Source: Clostridia bacterium
GTDB taxonomy: Bacteria; Bacillota; Clostridia; Christensenellales; JBMNLC01
Assembly (NCBI GenBank): GCA_050952525.1
Contig: JBMNLC010000001.1
Span: 340,123-404,122 of the forward strand
Reading direction: 5' to 3'
DNA length: 64,000 bases
Part shown: positions 50,801 through 59,785 of the stretch, in pieces
Position numbering within the stretch: position 1 is the stretch's first letter
Layout of the letters: each line of letters begins with the position of its first letter
Position numbers and translations under genes: made by a program
The notes under the pieces: generated by a model
Database searches by the model: none
Told to the model about the DNA's origin: nothing
What the model saw: only the letters and a program-made list of their open reading frames with translations

Positions 50801-51343
50801 GAAATCTCCCAAAGGATTGAGAATCGGGAAGGGGAAGCCGTTAATTTCCTTGGTTTAGCAAAGGTTTCCTTGGCCTTGAGAGAATGGGCGGAGGCCAGGG
50901 AACAGCTGGATGCATCGATTGAAGGATTCAGAAGCTTGAGCGATATCGCTGGCATGAGTGATGGCTACTTTTATTCCAGCCTGTGGTTTCTGGAGAAAGG
51001 AGAATGGCAAAGGGCCTTGGATGATGCAGAGCTATCGGAGAAGTATGCCACAGAATGTTTCAACGAACGAAAAAAGGCCAGGGCATTGTGTATGAAGGGA
51101 CGCATTTACCAAAGGCAGGAGAATTGGACCGCTTCCCTGGATTATCTGACCGATGCCATTGCCATTTTTGAATCCGTTGATTCCGAATATGATATGGCAA
51201 AAAATTGTTATTTCAGGGCGATTAGCCACTGGAACTTGAAGATGACGCAGGAAGCGGAGGACGACTATGAAAATGCCCGGGAGAATATAAGCAGCATAGA
51301 TCCTTGCAGGTGGACCCGTATGATTCAGCAGGGTATTTCTTGA
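47834..51343 (+). CDS. Zinc ribbon - class III adenylate cyclase - STAND ATPase - TPR protein
   Basis: Four CxxC pairs; FADISGFT, DKYIGD and TVMGDTVNTAQR; Walker A GEAGIGKS and Walker B LEDLHWAD; many TPR-like repeats. Confidence 0.9.
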   Translation: MICFNCGHKIHDTTYSECQLCGAKFGTDCPSCKHPNPPMARYCFSCGTPVQAQSLGSAVQNFSSLNETRKNVTVIFADISGFTSLSEKMDPELVRDIVNDCFSYITRPVYELGGTIDKYIGDCVMILFGAQNTHTDDIHRAVVCSMKMMHLIKEFSAERADQLGFDLDLSIGVHYGLVVTGSVGNYFDKDYTVMGDTVNTAQRIQSHAPKGVIYVSEAVYQQTKEDFEYSDPVEFYVKNKEKPQRCYTPLRILNNTYGNQDDIFMIGRDEELHYLQRVLEKSLIEGGQVVALVGEAGIGKSRLIREFQYSLGDRIKVTQVECTPSFASRPFYLLANLLMAMMNISPEDTLDVKRSRIISYVDYILGSVEEERKKRNYQFLGLVMGIQSDNDLLKILEMMDAASIRLEVIRQLQYFLDAYTEKYKSVIVLEDLHWADSRSMSIIRELISCFHYPNTMLICTSRTKIEALSSSVENGIHCLPIKPFPRKQIERMAQEVIGCQKIDADFLAALERFCGGNPHYLREFLIYIKRNNLYRLQDGMAVIRKGAISTIPDSLQNLILSKLNDMDDNLAHIIRIASIIGKDFPISVINYLMHRDVEAMGELVSSIITLKSVYAVTGRLEKIYTFNQETEREVIYNSLLMKQKKEYHQKIAEAIEYLYSRVLENYYEVLAEHFSKAGIVEKAVDYCYRSAMKHKMLHNYHEALEYFQKALEYIDNNGKSPGENRLLMIYKGISEICIVMARYEDALHHAEKGLKLAHAREDKYAFQLIIARICKEKGKYDEAMEILSKLQSRLRQNSDLYGDFLLLRCTILQETGYQEEALRVAKKAERVLARNRDYENLAKTLNTAGVIYHSIGDIQNALKYFDKSYKYSERVNDLQTMQKAAGNLGVINQSLGKTATAMKHFDAAKELAQRMYHPQGYIISSINLGALYLDKGLLQKAKRLFEKLLKDAREIATAPHESAILTKLGDIHYQTEQYDAARECFEDALEISQRIENREGEAVNFLGLAKVSLALREWAEAREQLDASIEGFRSLSDIAGMSDGYFYSSLWFLEKGEWQRALDDAELSEKYATECFNERKKARALCMKGRIYQRQENWTASLDYLTDAIAIFESVDSEYDMAKNCYFRAISHWNLKMTQEAEDDYENARENISSIDPCRWTRMIQQGIS

Positions 51344-51421
51344 AGCCATGTTCCTTTTTCTTTATGATAGTATCATATTATAGTTTCCATCACGGTGCTG
51401 ATATGGATGGGAGGAAACAAC

Positions 51422-52075
51422 GTGGCAGTGATCACAAGGATTGAGGCGAATAAAAGGAACAAGAGGCGCTATTCTATTTACATTGATCATCGCTATTTTA
51501 CAAGTTTGGACGAGGAAGTACTGGCACGCAATCATCTTCAGGAGGGCATGGTGGTAGATGAAGAGAGCATGGGGCCTATACTTTATCAAGATGAGTTGAG
51601 ATGTGCCTATAATAAGAGTATTTCCTATCTGGGTTATCGATCCAGAAGCCGGAAGGAAGTCGCTGATTATTTGGAAAGGAAAGGTTTTTCAACGGAAGTC
51701 ATAGAGAAAACATTGGAAAAGTTGGAGAGTTACCGGTTTGTGGATGACGAGGACTTCGCCAGAATTTGGGTGCGGAATCGGAAGGATGGAAAGCTGATGG
51801 GGAAAAGGATCATCAGCCAGGAATTAATCCATAAAGGGGTTGATAGGGAGATTATCGAGGATGCCCTAAAGGAAATTACGGAGGAGGACGAATTGAGGAA
51901 GGCCATTCAATTGGTTCAAAGAACCCTCCCAAAATACAGTAAGCTGGCAAAGAAAGAGCAAGCATACAAAACAGGGCAGGTATTGGCGCGGAAGGGCTTC
52001 GGTTGGGAGGTCATCCGGAAGGCCCTTCGGGCAGTGTGGGATCAGGCAGAGGATCTGGAAGATTTGGATTCATAA
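51422..52075 (+). CDS. recX: Regulatory protein RecX
   Basis: GGAGG RBS with GTG start; YLGYRSRS..E, VDDEDFA, ELIHKGV and LARKGF motifs. Confidence 0.88.
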   Translation: MAVITRIEANKRNKRRYSIYIDHRYFTSLDEEVLARNHLQEGMVVDEESMGPILYQDELRCAYNKSISYLGYRSRSRKEVADYLERKGFSTEVIEKTLEKLESYRFVDDEDFARIWVRNRKDGKLMGKRIISQELIHKGVDREIIEDALKEITEEDELRKAIQLVQRTLPKYSKLAKKEQAYKTGQVLARKGFGWEVIRKALRAVWDQAEDLEDLDS

Positions 52076-52083
52076 GGCTGCAA

Positions 52084-54357
52084 TTAATTTGGCATCTTGA
52101 TAGATGGCGCATGGTGAGAGAGAAATATCCTTTTGGCATAATATTTCATGAATCCCTGCCTGTGACGGATGAAACGAGCTAATTGTTTATGAAAGCTGTA
52201 CAGGGTACGGACATCGTCACCGGAAACCGCTTGTTTACCGAACTGTACGGCCATCAGGATATCAATCATCTTGCGGAAGCCCCCTTCGCTGTTTTCCAGC
52301 CATGCATCCACTCTGTCTGCATATTCGTACAAGGTTTCACCGGGGAGAAGACGGGTATCGGTAAAAGACAGGATGCGCAGAATATCCTGAAAGTAATACC
52401 ATACCTGCTTTCCTTTTTGGGGATACAGGCGAGATACCAGGCGGGGGTGAAAACGAAACAAGAGGAGGAGAAGGATACAGGTCAAGACAATACCCATCAC
52501 AATAAGAAAAGGCAGCACGGTCAAGTAGGACTGGGCACCTGCTTCTTTTTCTCTGTCGGCATCTATTTTAACTCCTTCCCGAAGGGATTCATCCTCCTGC
52601 TTCATCAGAAAATCACCGTACGGATTTATAAAAATCTCGGGGTCACCGGATGCATAGGAAGAGGATGAATGGAATACAGGCGGAGATGGATCGAAGGTCA
52701 GCCAGCCGATACGGTCAAAATATATTTCCACCCAGGCATGGGCATGTCGGTTGGTGATTTCATAGCTATCCGTCTGCCATGATGAAGCAGGCAGTACATA
52801 ACCTTCGACATAGCGGGCCGGCAATGATAAAGTTCGAGCCATTACTGCCATGGCAGAGGCAAAATAGGTACAATAGCCCTTCTTTGTTTCCAAAAAATGT
52901 TCAACAAAATCCTTATCCTGGGGCGGAACATCCGGTGTCAGGGAATAAACAAAGTAGCTTCGCAGGTATCTTTCCAAAGCAAGGGCTTTGTCATAGGGCA
53001 TTTTGTGGTCTTGAGTGATGAAGCGGGCCAGCTGAGCTACGCTTCTGGAGTAATTCGGAGGGAGCTGGCAGTAAGTTCTCCTTAATCCATCATCACCCCG
53101 CGCCTCGGCACCGCTTCTGCTTGACAGGGAGTTCGCCAGCTGTCGGAATTCCGGAATTTCCTTGTGGAGGTATTTTACCTTCATGATGTAGCTGGTTTGA
53201 GCCGGGACATTCTTAATGGAAAAGGTCTCCCCCTGGCTGTTGTAATAAGGGATAATTGTCCAACGATCCTTGGACAAAATGTCATATACCCTGTTGGGGC
53301 TGAATAAGGAGGAAGGCCCTTCTTTCAGGGTGGTAATTTCGATCTCAATATCCTCTACGTATTTATTGTAGATGTCTCGGGATAAAGTTGTGGGATTGGG
53401 AAGATTCAGGTTAAAAATGGTCTCCCGTTCCTTTTTCCAGGCGGTACTGTCCATACGATAGCGTTTGCTGTTGGTGGTATCCTTCCACGAGGTTCCGGTG
53501 TATTCATTGTAGATGCTTCCGCGAAGATACACGGGATAGGGGGATTTTACACGCAGAACCTTTTCGTTATCAAGTTCTGTCGGTCCTCCGAGACGGTCAC
53601 CCAGGGGTTGAAAACCCGTTTGGCTCAATGAATAACCGGCTCGCGGTTTGGTAAAGGAAATGTATTCACCTAGAAATTCGTTGATGTTCTCAACCTTTGT
53701 TTCCAGGTAGTCCCATTTCCATGCATAGGGTTTACGGGGAGCAGCGATAAAAGCCAGGAGGACCAGGGCAAAGACAATGGGGAAGCACCAGAGTTGCCAT
53801 GCTCCGTATCCGGTTTGCCCTGTTCGCTGGAGATAGCTTCTGCCGAATAACAGGACAAGGCTGAGAAGTACCAATAACAATGGCAGAAAAAGATCCCTGT
53901 ACTGAGAGAACCATTCAAGAAGGAAGATAATCGTACTAAGAGTCAATAAAGGCCAAAAAACGAATTTCTTATGGATAAAGAGAAATCCTATGGAAGTAAT
54001 TGACAAAACAAGCAAAAAAACGAACAGGGATGCATATTGGACGGAGAGGCTTTCCAATCCAAGGATAAAATGAACAGCCCAGCTCCCAAAATCATGAAAG
54101 GAAAACCATCCGGTCTGAATTGTTAAAATAAGGTATCCAATTAAGCTGATAAGGATACTGGACAATGCAAACAACTGGATGCGTCGATTCCAGAACAGAG
54201 CGGTCAGAGCCCCATAAGTAAAAAAGACCCAAAGGGAAAGCTTCCATAAAGGAAAGGGAATAGATAGGGCTCCAAGTATGGAATGAGAGATACCGATGCT
54301 AAACATGCAGGTTAAAAGGCAGTCACTGATATGGTTTATCCATTCTTCCCGGTTCAT
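52084..54357 (-). CDS. Membrane transglutaminase-like protein (TgpA type)
   Basis: N-terminal TM helices; GYCTYFASAMAV, HAWVEIYF and FDP catalytic triad motifs. Confidence 0.88.
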   Translation of the reverse strand: MNREEWINHISDCLLTCMFSIGISHSILGALSIPFPLWKLSLWVFFTYGALTALFWNRRIQLFALSSILISLIGYLILTIQTGWFSFHDFGSWAVHFILGLESLSVQYASLFVFLLVLSITSIGFLFIHKKFVFWPLLTLSTIIFLLEWFSQYRDLFLPLLLVLLSLVLLFGRSYLQRTGQTGYGAWQLWCFPIVFALVLLAFIAAPRKPYAWKWDYLETKVENINEFLGEYISFTKPRAGYSLSQTGFQPLGDRLGGPTELDNEKVLRVKSPYPVYLRGSIYNEYTGTSWKDTTNSKRYRMDSTAWKKERETIFNLNLPNPTTLSRDIYNKYVEDIEIEITTLKEGPSSLFSPNRVYDILSKDRWTIIPYYNSQGETFSIKNVPAQTSYIMKVKYLHKEIPEFRQLANSLSSRSGAEARGDDGLRRTYCQLPPNYSRSVAQLARFITQDHKMPYDKALALERYLRSYFVYSLTPDVPPQDKDFVEHFLETKKGYCTYFASAMAVMARTLSLPARYVEGYVLPASSWQTDSYEITNRHAHAWVEIYFDRIGWLTFDPSPPVFHSSSSYASGDPEIFINPYGDFLMKQEDESLREGVKIDADREKEAGAQSYLTVLPFLIVMGIVLTCILLLLLFRFHPRLVSRLYPQKGKQVWYYFQDILRILSFTDTRLLPGETLYEYADRVDAWLENSEGGFRKMIDILMAVQFGKQAVSGDDVRTLYSFHKQLARFIRHRQGFMKYYAKRIFLSHHAPSIKMPN

Positions 54358-55565
54358 AATATGGTTTCCATCCTCTCAGACAGGTCATCATCAGGCGTAA
54401 TGGACATGGTATGGATACCGTTGTCTGTAAGCTCTTCCAGCATTCTCATCAATAAATGGGTTTTCTCCTTTTCAGCAATGACCAGCAGCAGAAATATTTC
54501 CATCCCTGTCCGTCTGAACAACAGGAGGATTTCAAACAATCTCTCTGATAATTGGTGGGTAGCCAGAAGGATATGACCACTATGCTGCAACTGGTTCATT
54601 TCGAAGAAAAGGATATCATCGATGGCGTACCGACTGGTAAAGCTGAGCGTTGCAAAAAGCTCATAAAAAGCCGGAAAATCTCCGGGCTTTTTTCCCCTCA
54701 ATTCATGACGGCTCTCGGTATAAGCCACAGCCCGAAGGGGCAGCCAATTGGAAAGGGTATAATTAGCGATGGCGATGATGACTTCGATCAGCTTATCCTC
54801 CACCCTGATTCTATCCAGTCCAGCCTGAAGATGCAGGGAGCAGTCTATGAAAAGGATCATTTCAGGCTGAGGGGCATCTTCATAATTCTTTACCAGCAAC
54901 TCTTGACGATGCGCTGACAATTTCCAATGGATTCGTTGCAGAGGATCGCCATAGCGATAGGAACGGATATCGGACAAGGATGCAGGTTCCGACGTGGCCT
55001 GCAGCTTCCGGTTAAGTTGCCCGTCGGAGCTGGAAAAGGTGATAGGCATGTCGTTTAAAGAGAGCACCTGGGGGTAAACCAATAGAGTTTCCTTTCTGAA
55101 CCCATGGATTCGGAACATATCTGAGGTAAGGGTAATTAGGCCAAAGATATCCCGAATTTCGACTCCGCATATTCCAATGAAATACCGTCCCCAGTAGGAG
55201 CATTCGATGCTTTCACAAATCTCTTCTGAACGACCAGGCAAAATAGAGAAGAAAGCGGATCTTATCTGCTGATTCATGGATGCATCGGGTATGCTGTAAG
55301 TTATTTTTATATGGGTCAGGGACAAAAAGCTGTTGTTGTAAATTCGGATTCGGTAAGTGACGGTTTTCCCCTTGATAGCGGATGTAGGGGAGAGGTCCTG
55401 ATCATATTTCAAGGTCCATAAGGCGTAAAATCCTGTAAAAACAGCAAAAACGAGCATAAATAACAGGACGAAGAAACCGATAAAGAAGATGTTCTCCCCT
55501 GTGTACAAACCAACCAGCAGGATAATTCCCATGGCAGCCAGAAAAAGACGCCTACGCTCTTTCAT
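54354..55565 (-). CDS. DUF58 domain protein
   Basis: IRSYRYGDPLQRIHWKLSA motif; lies in the MoxR operon. Confidence 0.88.
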   Translation of the reverse strand: MKERRRLFLAAMGIILLVGLYTGENIFFIGFFVLLFMLVFAVFTGFYALWTLKYDQDLSPTSAIKGKTVTYRIRIYNNSFLSLTHIKITYSIPDASMNQQIRSAFFSILPGRSEEICESIECSYWGRYFIGICGVEIRDIFGLITLTSDMFRIHGFRKETLLVYPQVLSLNDMPITFSSSDGQLNRKLQATSEPASLSDIRSYRYGDPLQRIHWKLSAHRQELLVKNYEDAPQPEMILFIDCSLHLQAGLDRIRVEDKLIEVIIAIANYTLSNWLPLRAVAYTESRHELRGKKPGDFPAFYELFATLSFTSRYAIDDILFFEMNQLQHSGHILLATHQLSERLFEILLLFRRTGMEIFLLLVIAEKEKTHLLMRMLEELTDNGIHTMSITPDDDLSERMETIL

Positions 55566-56506
55566 AGGTTCAGCATAGGTACTTCCAGATCATTGAGGAC
55601 GGATTGAAGTACCTTTCGGGGAGTAATATCCTTCAGCCGGGCTTCCGGCTTCAGAATTAAGCGATGGGCTAAGACGGGGATGACCATCTTTTGCACATCA
55701 TCCGGGATGACATAGTTACGCCCTTGGAGAAGGGCATAGGCCTGAGCGGCCTTCATCAAAAAGATGGAACCTCGGGGACTGGCGCCTAGGGACAGATCCG
55801 CTTGATCTCTTGTATAGTAAACGATTTTAGCAATATATGTCTTGATTTCATCTGCACAAAAAACTTTGGGCACCAAAGCCTGAAGAGCCAGGATTTCTTC
55901 TGCAGAGGCCACCGGTTTAAGGTCCTTTAAGGGATTGCCATGCTGAAAGCGGTTTAGAATTTCAATTTCTTCAGCCAAATGGGGATAACCGATGGTAATC
56001 CGCATAAAAAAACGGTCCAATTGGGCTTCAGGGAGCGGGAAGGTACCGATATACTCTACAGGATTTTGGGTCGCCAAAACCATAAAAGGTTGAGGAACGG
56101 GATAGGTCACTCCATCTACCGTTACCTGGTATTCTTCCATAACCTCCAGAAGACTGGACTGGGTTTTAGGGGAAGTCCGGTTGATTTCATCGGCTAAGAT
56201 GATTTGACTCATAATCAAGCCAGGATGAAATTCAAATTCGCCGGTTTTGAAATTGCTTACCGTAAATCCTGTGATATCAGAGGGCATGACATCAGGGGTG
56301 AATTGAATTCTTTTAAAAGAACAGTCCAATGACTTGGCCAAAGCAGAAACCAAGGTAGTCTTTCCAACCCCAGGAACATCCTCGATTAAAATATGCCCCT
56401 TGCACAGGAGGGATACTAAAATTAAAGAAATGGTTCTTTCCTTACCTACAATGACTTTGCTGATATTTTTTTGGATGGCGTTCAACAGGTCTAAGCCGTT
56501 TTGCAT
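55562..56506 (-). CDS. MoxR-family AAA+ ATPase
   Basis: EDVPGVGKT, RIQFTPD, DEINR, ATQNP and LPEAQLDRF motifs. Confidence 0.93.
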   Translation of the reverse strand: MQNGLDLLNAIQKNISKVIVGKERTISLILVSLLCKGHILIEDVPGVGKTTLVSALAKSLDCSFKRIQFTPDVMPSDITGFTVSNFKTGEFEFHPGLIMSQIILADEINRTSPKTQSSLLEVMEEYQVTVDGVTYPVPQPFMVLATQNPVEYIGTFPLPEAQLDRFFMRITIGYPHLAEEIEILNRFQHGNPLKDLKPVASAEEILALQALVPKVFCADEIKTYIAKIVYYTRDQADLSLGASPRGSIFLMKAAQAYALLQGRNYVIPDDVQKMVIPVLAHRLILKPEARLKDITPRKVLQSVLNDLEVPMLNL

Positions 56507-56659
56507 ACCATCCCTTCTTTCTTTGTTTAGATTGTTCTGATCATTCCTGCTGCCATATCCATTCGGGTTGAACGACGGATCATAAAAAGGATAGGAAAAG
56601 TTAATAGTATAATTAGTATAATATGAGCGGTATTAAAATACAAGGGTGCTTTTGTCCGG

Positions 56660-58212
56660 GATAGCGTCAAGATACTATGGGTTTTTAAAGAATAAAGTAA
56701 TCCCCTGTTTATCGTCTGCCTTAAGCATCCCTCACTGACTTGAGGAACTGGGTAGCCCAAGTCCTTTTACCGATATTCAAAATGGCTATGTTACCGATAG
56801 TTTCGTGCGATGCAGTAAGCTTTCGTTTTCTCATAATCTCCCGGTCCACTTTTACCTCCTTTGCTTCATTTATTGCTTCTCTTTTCTTTTCCATAAACAC
56901 GTCATACACATTTCCGCCATTTGCTACAAAGACCCTTAACCTGGCCATCTGGTCCACTCCCGTTTTACTCCAGCCCAAGGGCCTTGAGCTAAGCCTGGAC
57001 GACAAGATATGGCTAACATGACCTTCCGCACTGCAGCCAATGTAATCCGACGCATACTGACGCATTATCCCCTTCCAGTTACCAAGTATATACCTTCTTG
57101 CTTCCTGCACAGCCCTCTTCTTTGTCTCTGACTCAGTTGTACTTATAATTGCATTGAATAGCTCTTTTACACTCTCTTTGTTACCGCTGTTTATATAAGC
57201 CCACATAATTGGCGTGGTATAGCCCATATGCGCCGTAGCCTGTGTTACATATCCCGATAAATGATATCTGTCCAATACAAAAATACTTCCCTTTATCCAG
57301 CCTAGCCCATTCTTTATCCAGGGCCCCCCATCCCCTGATAGGTATATCTTTTCTATAGCATCCATGTCATAAGCTTTATCTATGTAGTCTAAAACTTCTA
57401 CCCATAACTTGTCACTGTTTGCATAAACGCCACTGAAATACCTTACATTCAATAGTTTCCAACGGTTTCTCCCCTCTTTCTTCCTGCCCTCATGTACATA
57501 TACAAGCTTTGGCTCTACGTTTCCACCATCCTGAAGTGCTACATGATCTTCATCAGCCTCTATGTAAAGTACCTTTACAGACTTTTTATCTTGCTTAACC
57601 TCTACTGCATCATTACTTACACTACCAAGTTCACGGATACTGTTCATTACTGTCTGTGATGTTAGATTTACTGCTTCAGAAGCTTTTTCTCCGCTTTTGC
57701 TGTAGGGCATAAATACTGCTTCTTCTATAAGTCTTGCCTTTAGTGAAGTACCAGTTTATCATGAGCTTTTATGCCCACTGCTTCATCTGACAGGTAGCTG
57801 TATTCACCAGTCCTTTTGTTTTCGTAATATGTTCTTTCGTACCGGACTTCACCAAATATCGTTGTAAGGGTCTTTCTCTTTTACTCTCCAGTTCTGTTTT
57901 CGAGCCTTACTGTTCTTATACACCTCGTCTATTGTTTCTAATGCTTCGACCACTAAGGTTACCCCAATCTCGTCCAACATCTTCTTAGTAGCTAGAATAA
58001 ACTCGGATATATCTCTTCTTTCGAGTATCAGGTTTTTTAGTTCCTTTTCATAACTACTACTGATTTTCTTTATGATTTCATGTATAATTAGTTCCATAAG
58101 AGTATCTCCTTTTTTTGTGATTTTTGTGGTGCTTACAAATTACATCATATCACAGGGGAGATACTCTTTCCTTTTATTTTTTGTTTTTTCCCCAAAGTAA
58201 TTTTACACTAAC
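56660..58212 (-). mobile_element. ISLre2-family insertion sequence
   Basis: Imperfect 22-bp terminal inverted repeats (gatagcgtcaagatactatggg / cccaaagtaattttacactaac), flanked by the 9-bp direct repeat tttgtccgg (56651-56659 and 58213-58221). Confidence 0.85.
56721..58097 (-). pseudogene. ISLre2-family transposase, two frameshifts
   Basis: YIEADEDHV, GDGGPWIK, LDRYH and GCSAEGHVSH motifs; frame breaks near 57875 and 57750. Confidence 0.82.
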
Positions 58213-58336
58213 TTTGTCCGGCTTTCCCGTCATTTCAAATCTTGATTTCCCCCGCCTTAGGTTGTAAGCTAGTAGTGGAGATTATCTGCCATTTGATTCA
58301 CCTTATACTTTATATTTCAAATGATATCATACGGGA

Positions 58337-59344
58337 ATGGATGTGAATTTGTTTATGCGGGAGACGATTCTTGAGATCCTGATTGGATCCAAGGACCAAT
58401 ACATATCCGGCGAAGAAATCAGCAGCCGGGTGGGAGTAACCCGAGCCGCTGTATGGAAGACTATCAATGGTCTAAAGGAAGATGGGTATATCATCAAGGC
58501 TTCACCAAGAAAAGGATACTGCCTTATAGAGATGCCCGATCGGCTGGAGCCTTCCATTGTCAGGGAGGGCTTAAAAACTCGCACCTTGGGCAAGCATATA
58601 TACTACTACCGTCAAATCGATTCTACAAATAAAAAAGCTAAGGAATTGGCCATAAAGGGTAAGCCAAACGGGACCCTCATCATTGCAGAAGAGCAGACGA
58701 AGGGGAGGGGAAGATTAGGGAGAGAATGGCTGTCTCCCTTCGGAACCGGCATTTGGATGTCTATACTGTTGCGCCCGGATATACATCCCTGGGATGCTCC
58801 ACGGATGACCTTATTGAGTGCGGCAGCGGTAGCTCGTAGTATTGAGGGAGTAACAAAGCTGAAAACAGGGATCAAGTGGCCGAATGATATCATTGTCGGT
58901 CAGAAGAAGGTATGCGGAATTCTGACGGAAATGAACGGGGAATTGGATCAGCTTCATTGGATTGTGATTGGAATTGGGATCAATGTCAATGGCGAGCAAA
59001 AGGACTTTCCGGAGGAGCTGCACGGAACGGCTTCTTCTTTGAAGATCGAGTTGGGCAGGCCGGTTGACAGGGCTATGCTGCTAAGAAGAATATGTACAGA
59101 AATGGAAAGCTATCTGGATGAGTTTTTAAAGAGTCGGGATTTTTCGCCTGTGATACAGGAATGTCGAAGAAGATCCGTTACCATAGGAAAAATGGTACGA
59201 GTGACGGGTTCCCATGACGATTGGGTAGGAAAAGCCGAGGACATTGATCTGGATGGTTCCCTCTTGGTCAGAAGGGCTGACGGTACCCTGGAAAGGGTAT
59301 TGTCCGGCGATGTTTCCGTGAGGGGGATTGCGGGCTATATCTAA
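58337..59344 (+). CDS. birA: Bifunctional biotin--protein ligase/repressor
   Basis: N-terminal HTH (SGEEIS..GVTRAAVWK); GRGRLGR, KWPND and KVCGIL motifs. Confidence 0.93.
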   Translation: MDVNLFMRETILEILIGSKDQYISGEEISSRVGVTRAAVWKTINGLKEDGYIIKASPRKGYCLIEMPDRLEPSIVREGLKTRTLGKHIYYYRQIDSTNKKAKELAIKGKPNGTLIIAEEQTKGRGRLGREWLSPFGTGIWMSILLRPDIHPWDAPRMTLLSAAAVARSIEGVTKLKTGIKWPNDIIVGQKKVCGILTEMNGELDQLHWIVIGIGINVNGEQKDFPEELHGTASSLKIELGRPVDRAMLLRRICTEMESYLDEFLKSRDFSPVIQECRRRSVTIGKMVRVTGSHDDWVGKAEDIDLDGSLLVRRADGTLERVLSGDVSVRGIAGYI

Positions 59345-59371
59345 TGGATTTGAAAGGTAGTGGCTGAAGGG

Positions 59372-59740
59372 ATGATTGTCGGTATAGGGACGGATATCGT
59401 CGAAGTGGAGCGTATTCGAAAAGCCTGTAGAAGACCCAGGTTCCTATCCAGGGTTTTTACGGAAAGGGAGCTGGCTCTTTTCCAAAGCCGAAAGGAAAAT
59501 TATCAGGTTCTTGCGGGAACGTTTGCCGCCAAGGAAGCAGTAGTCAAAGCAATGGGAACGGGATTCAGGGGATTTGCTTGGAAAGATGTGGAGATTCTCC
59601 GGGATGAATTGGGTAAACCCCATGTGGTACTGCACCGACAGGCTTTAGAGACAGTCAGAGCCATGGAGGGAAGAAAGATTCATATCTCCATATCCCATAC
59701 CCGGTGCTATGCCGTTGCTCAGGCGATATTAGAGGGATAG
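59372..59740 (+). CDS. acpS: Holo-ACP synthase
   Basis: GIGTDIVE, FAAKEA..KA and ISISH motifs. Confidence 0.93.
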   Translation: MIVGIGTDIVEVERIRKACRRPRFLSRVFTERELALFQSRKENYQVLAGTFAAKEAVVKAMGTGFRGFAWKDVEILRDELGKPHVVLHRQALETVRAMEGRKIHISISHTRCYAVAQAILEG

Positions 59741-59785
59741 AAAGATAGCGACGATGAAAAAAAGTCCAAAAGGGGGAATTCAGCT

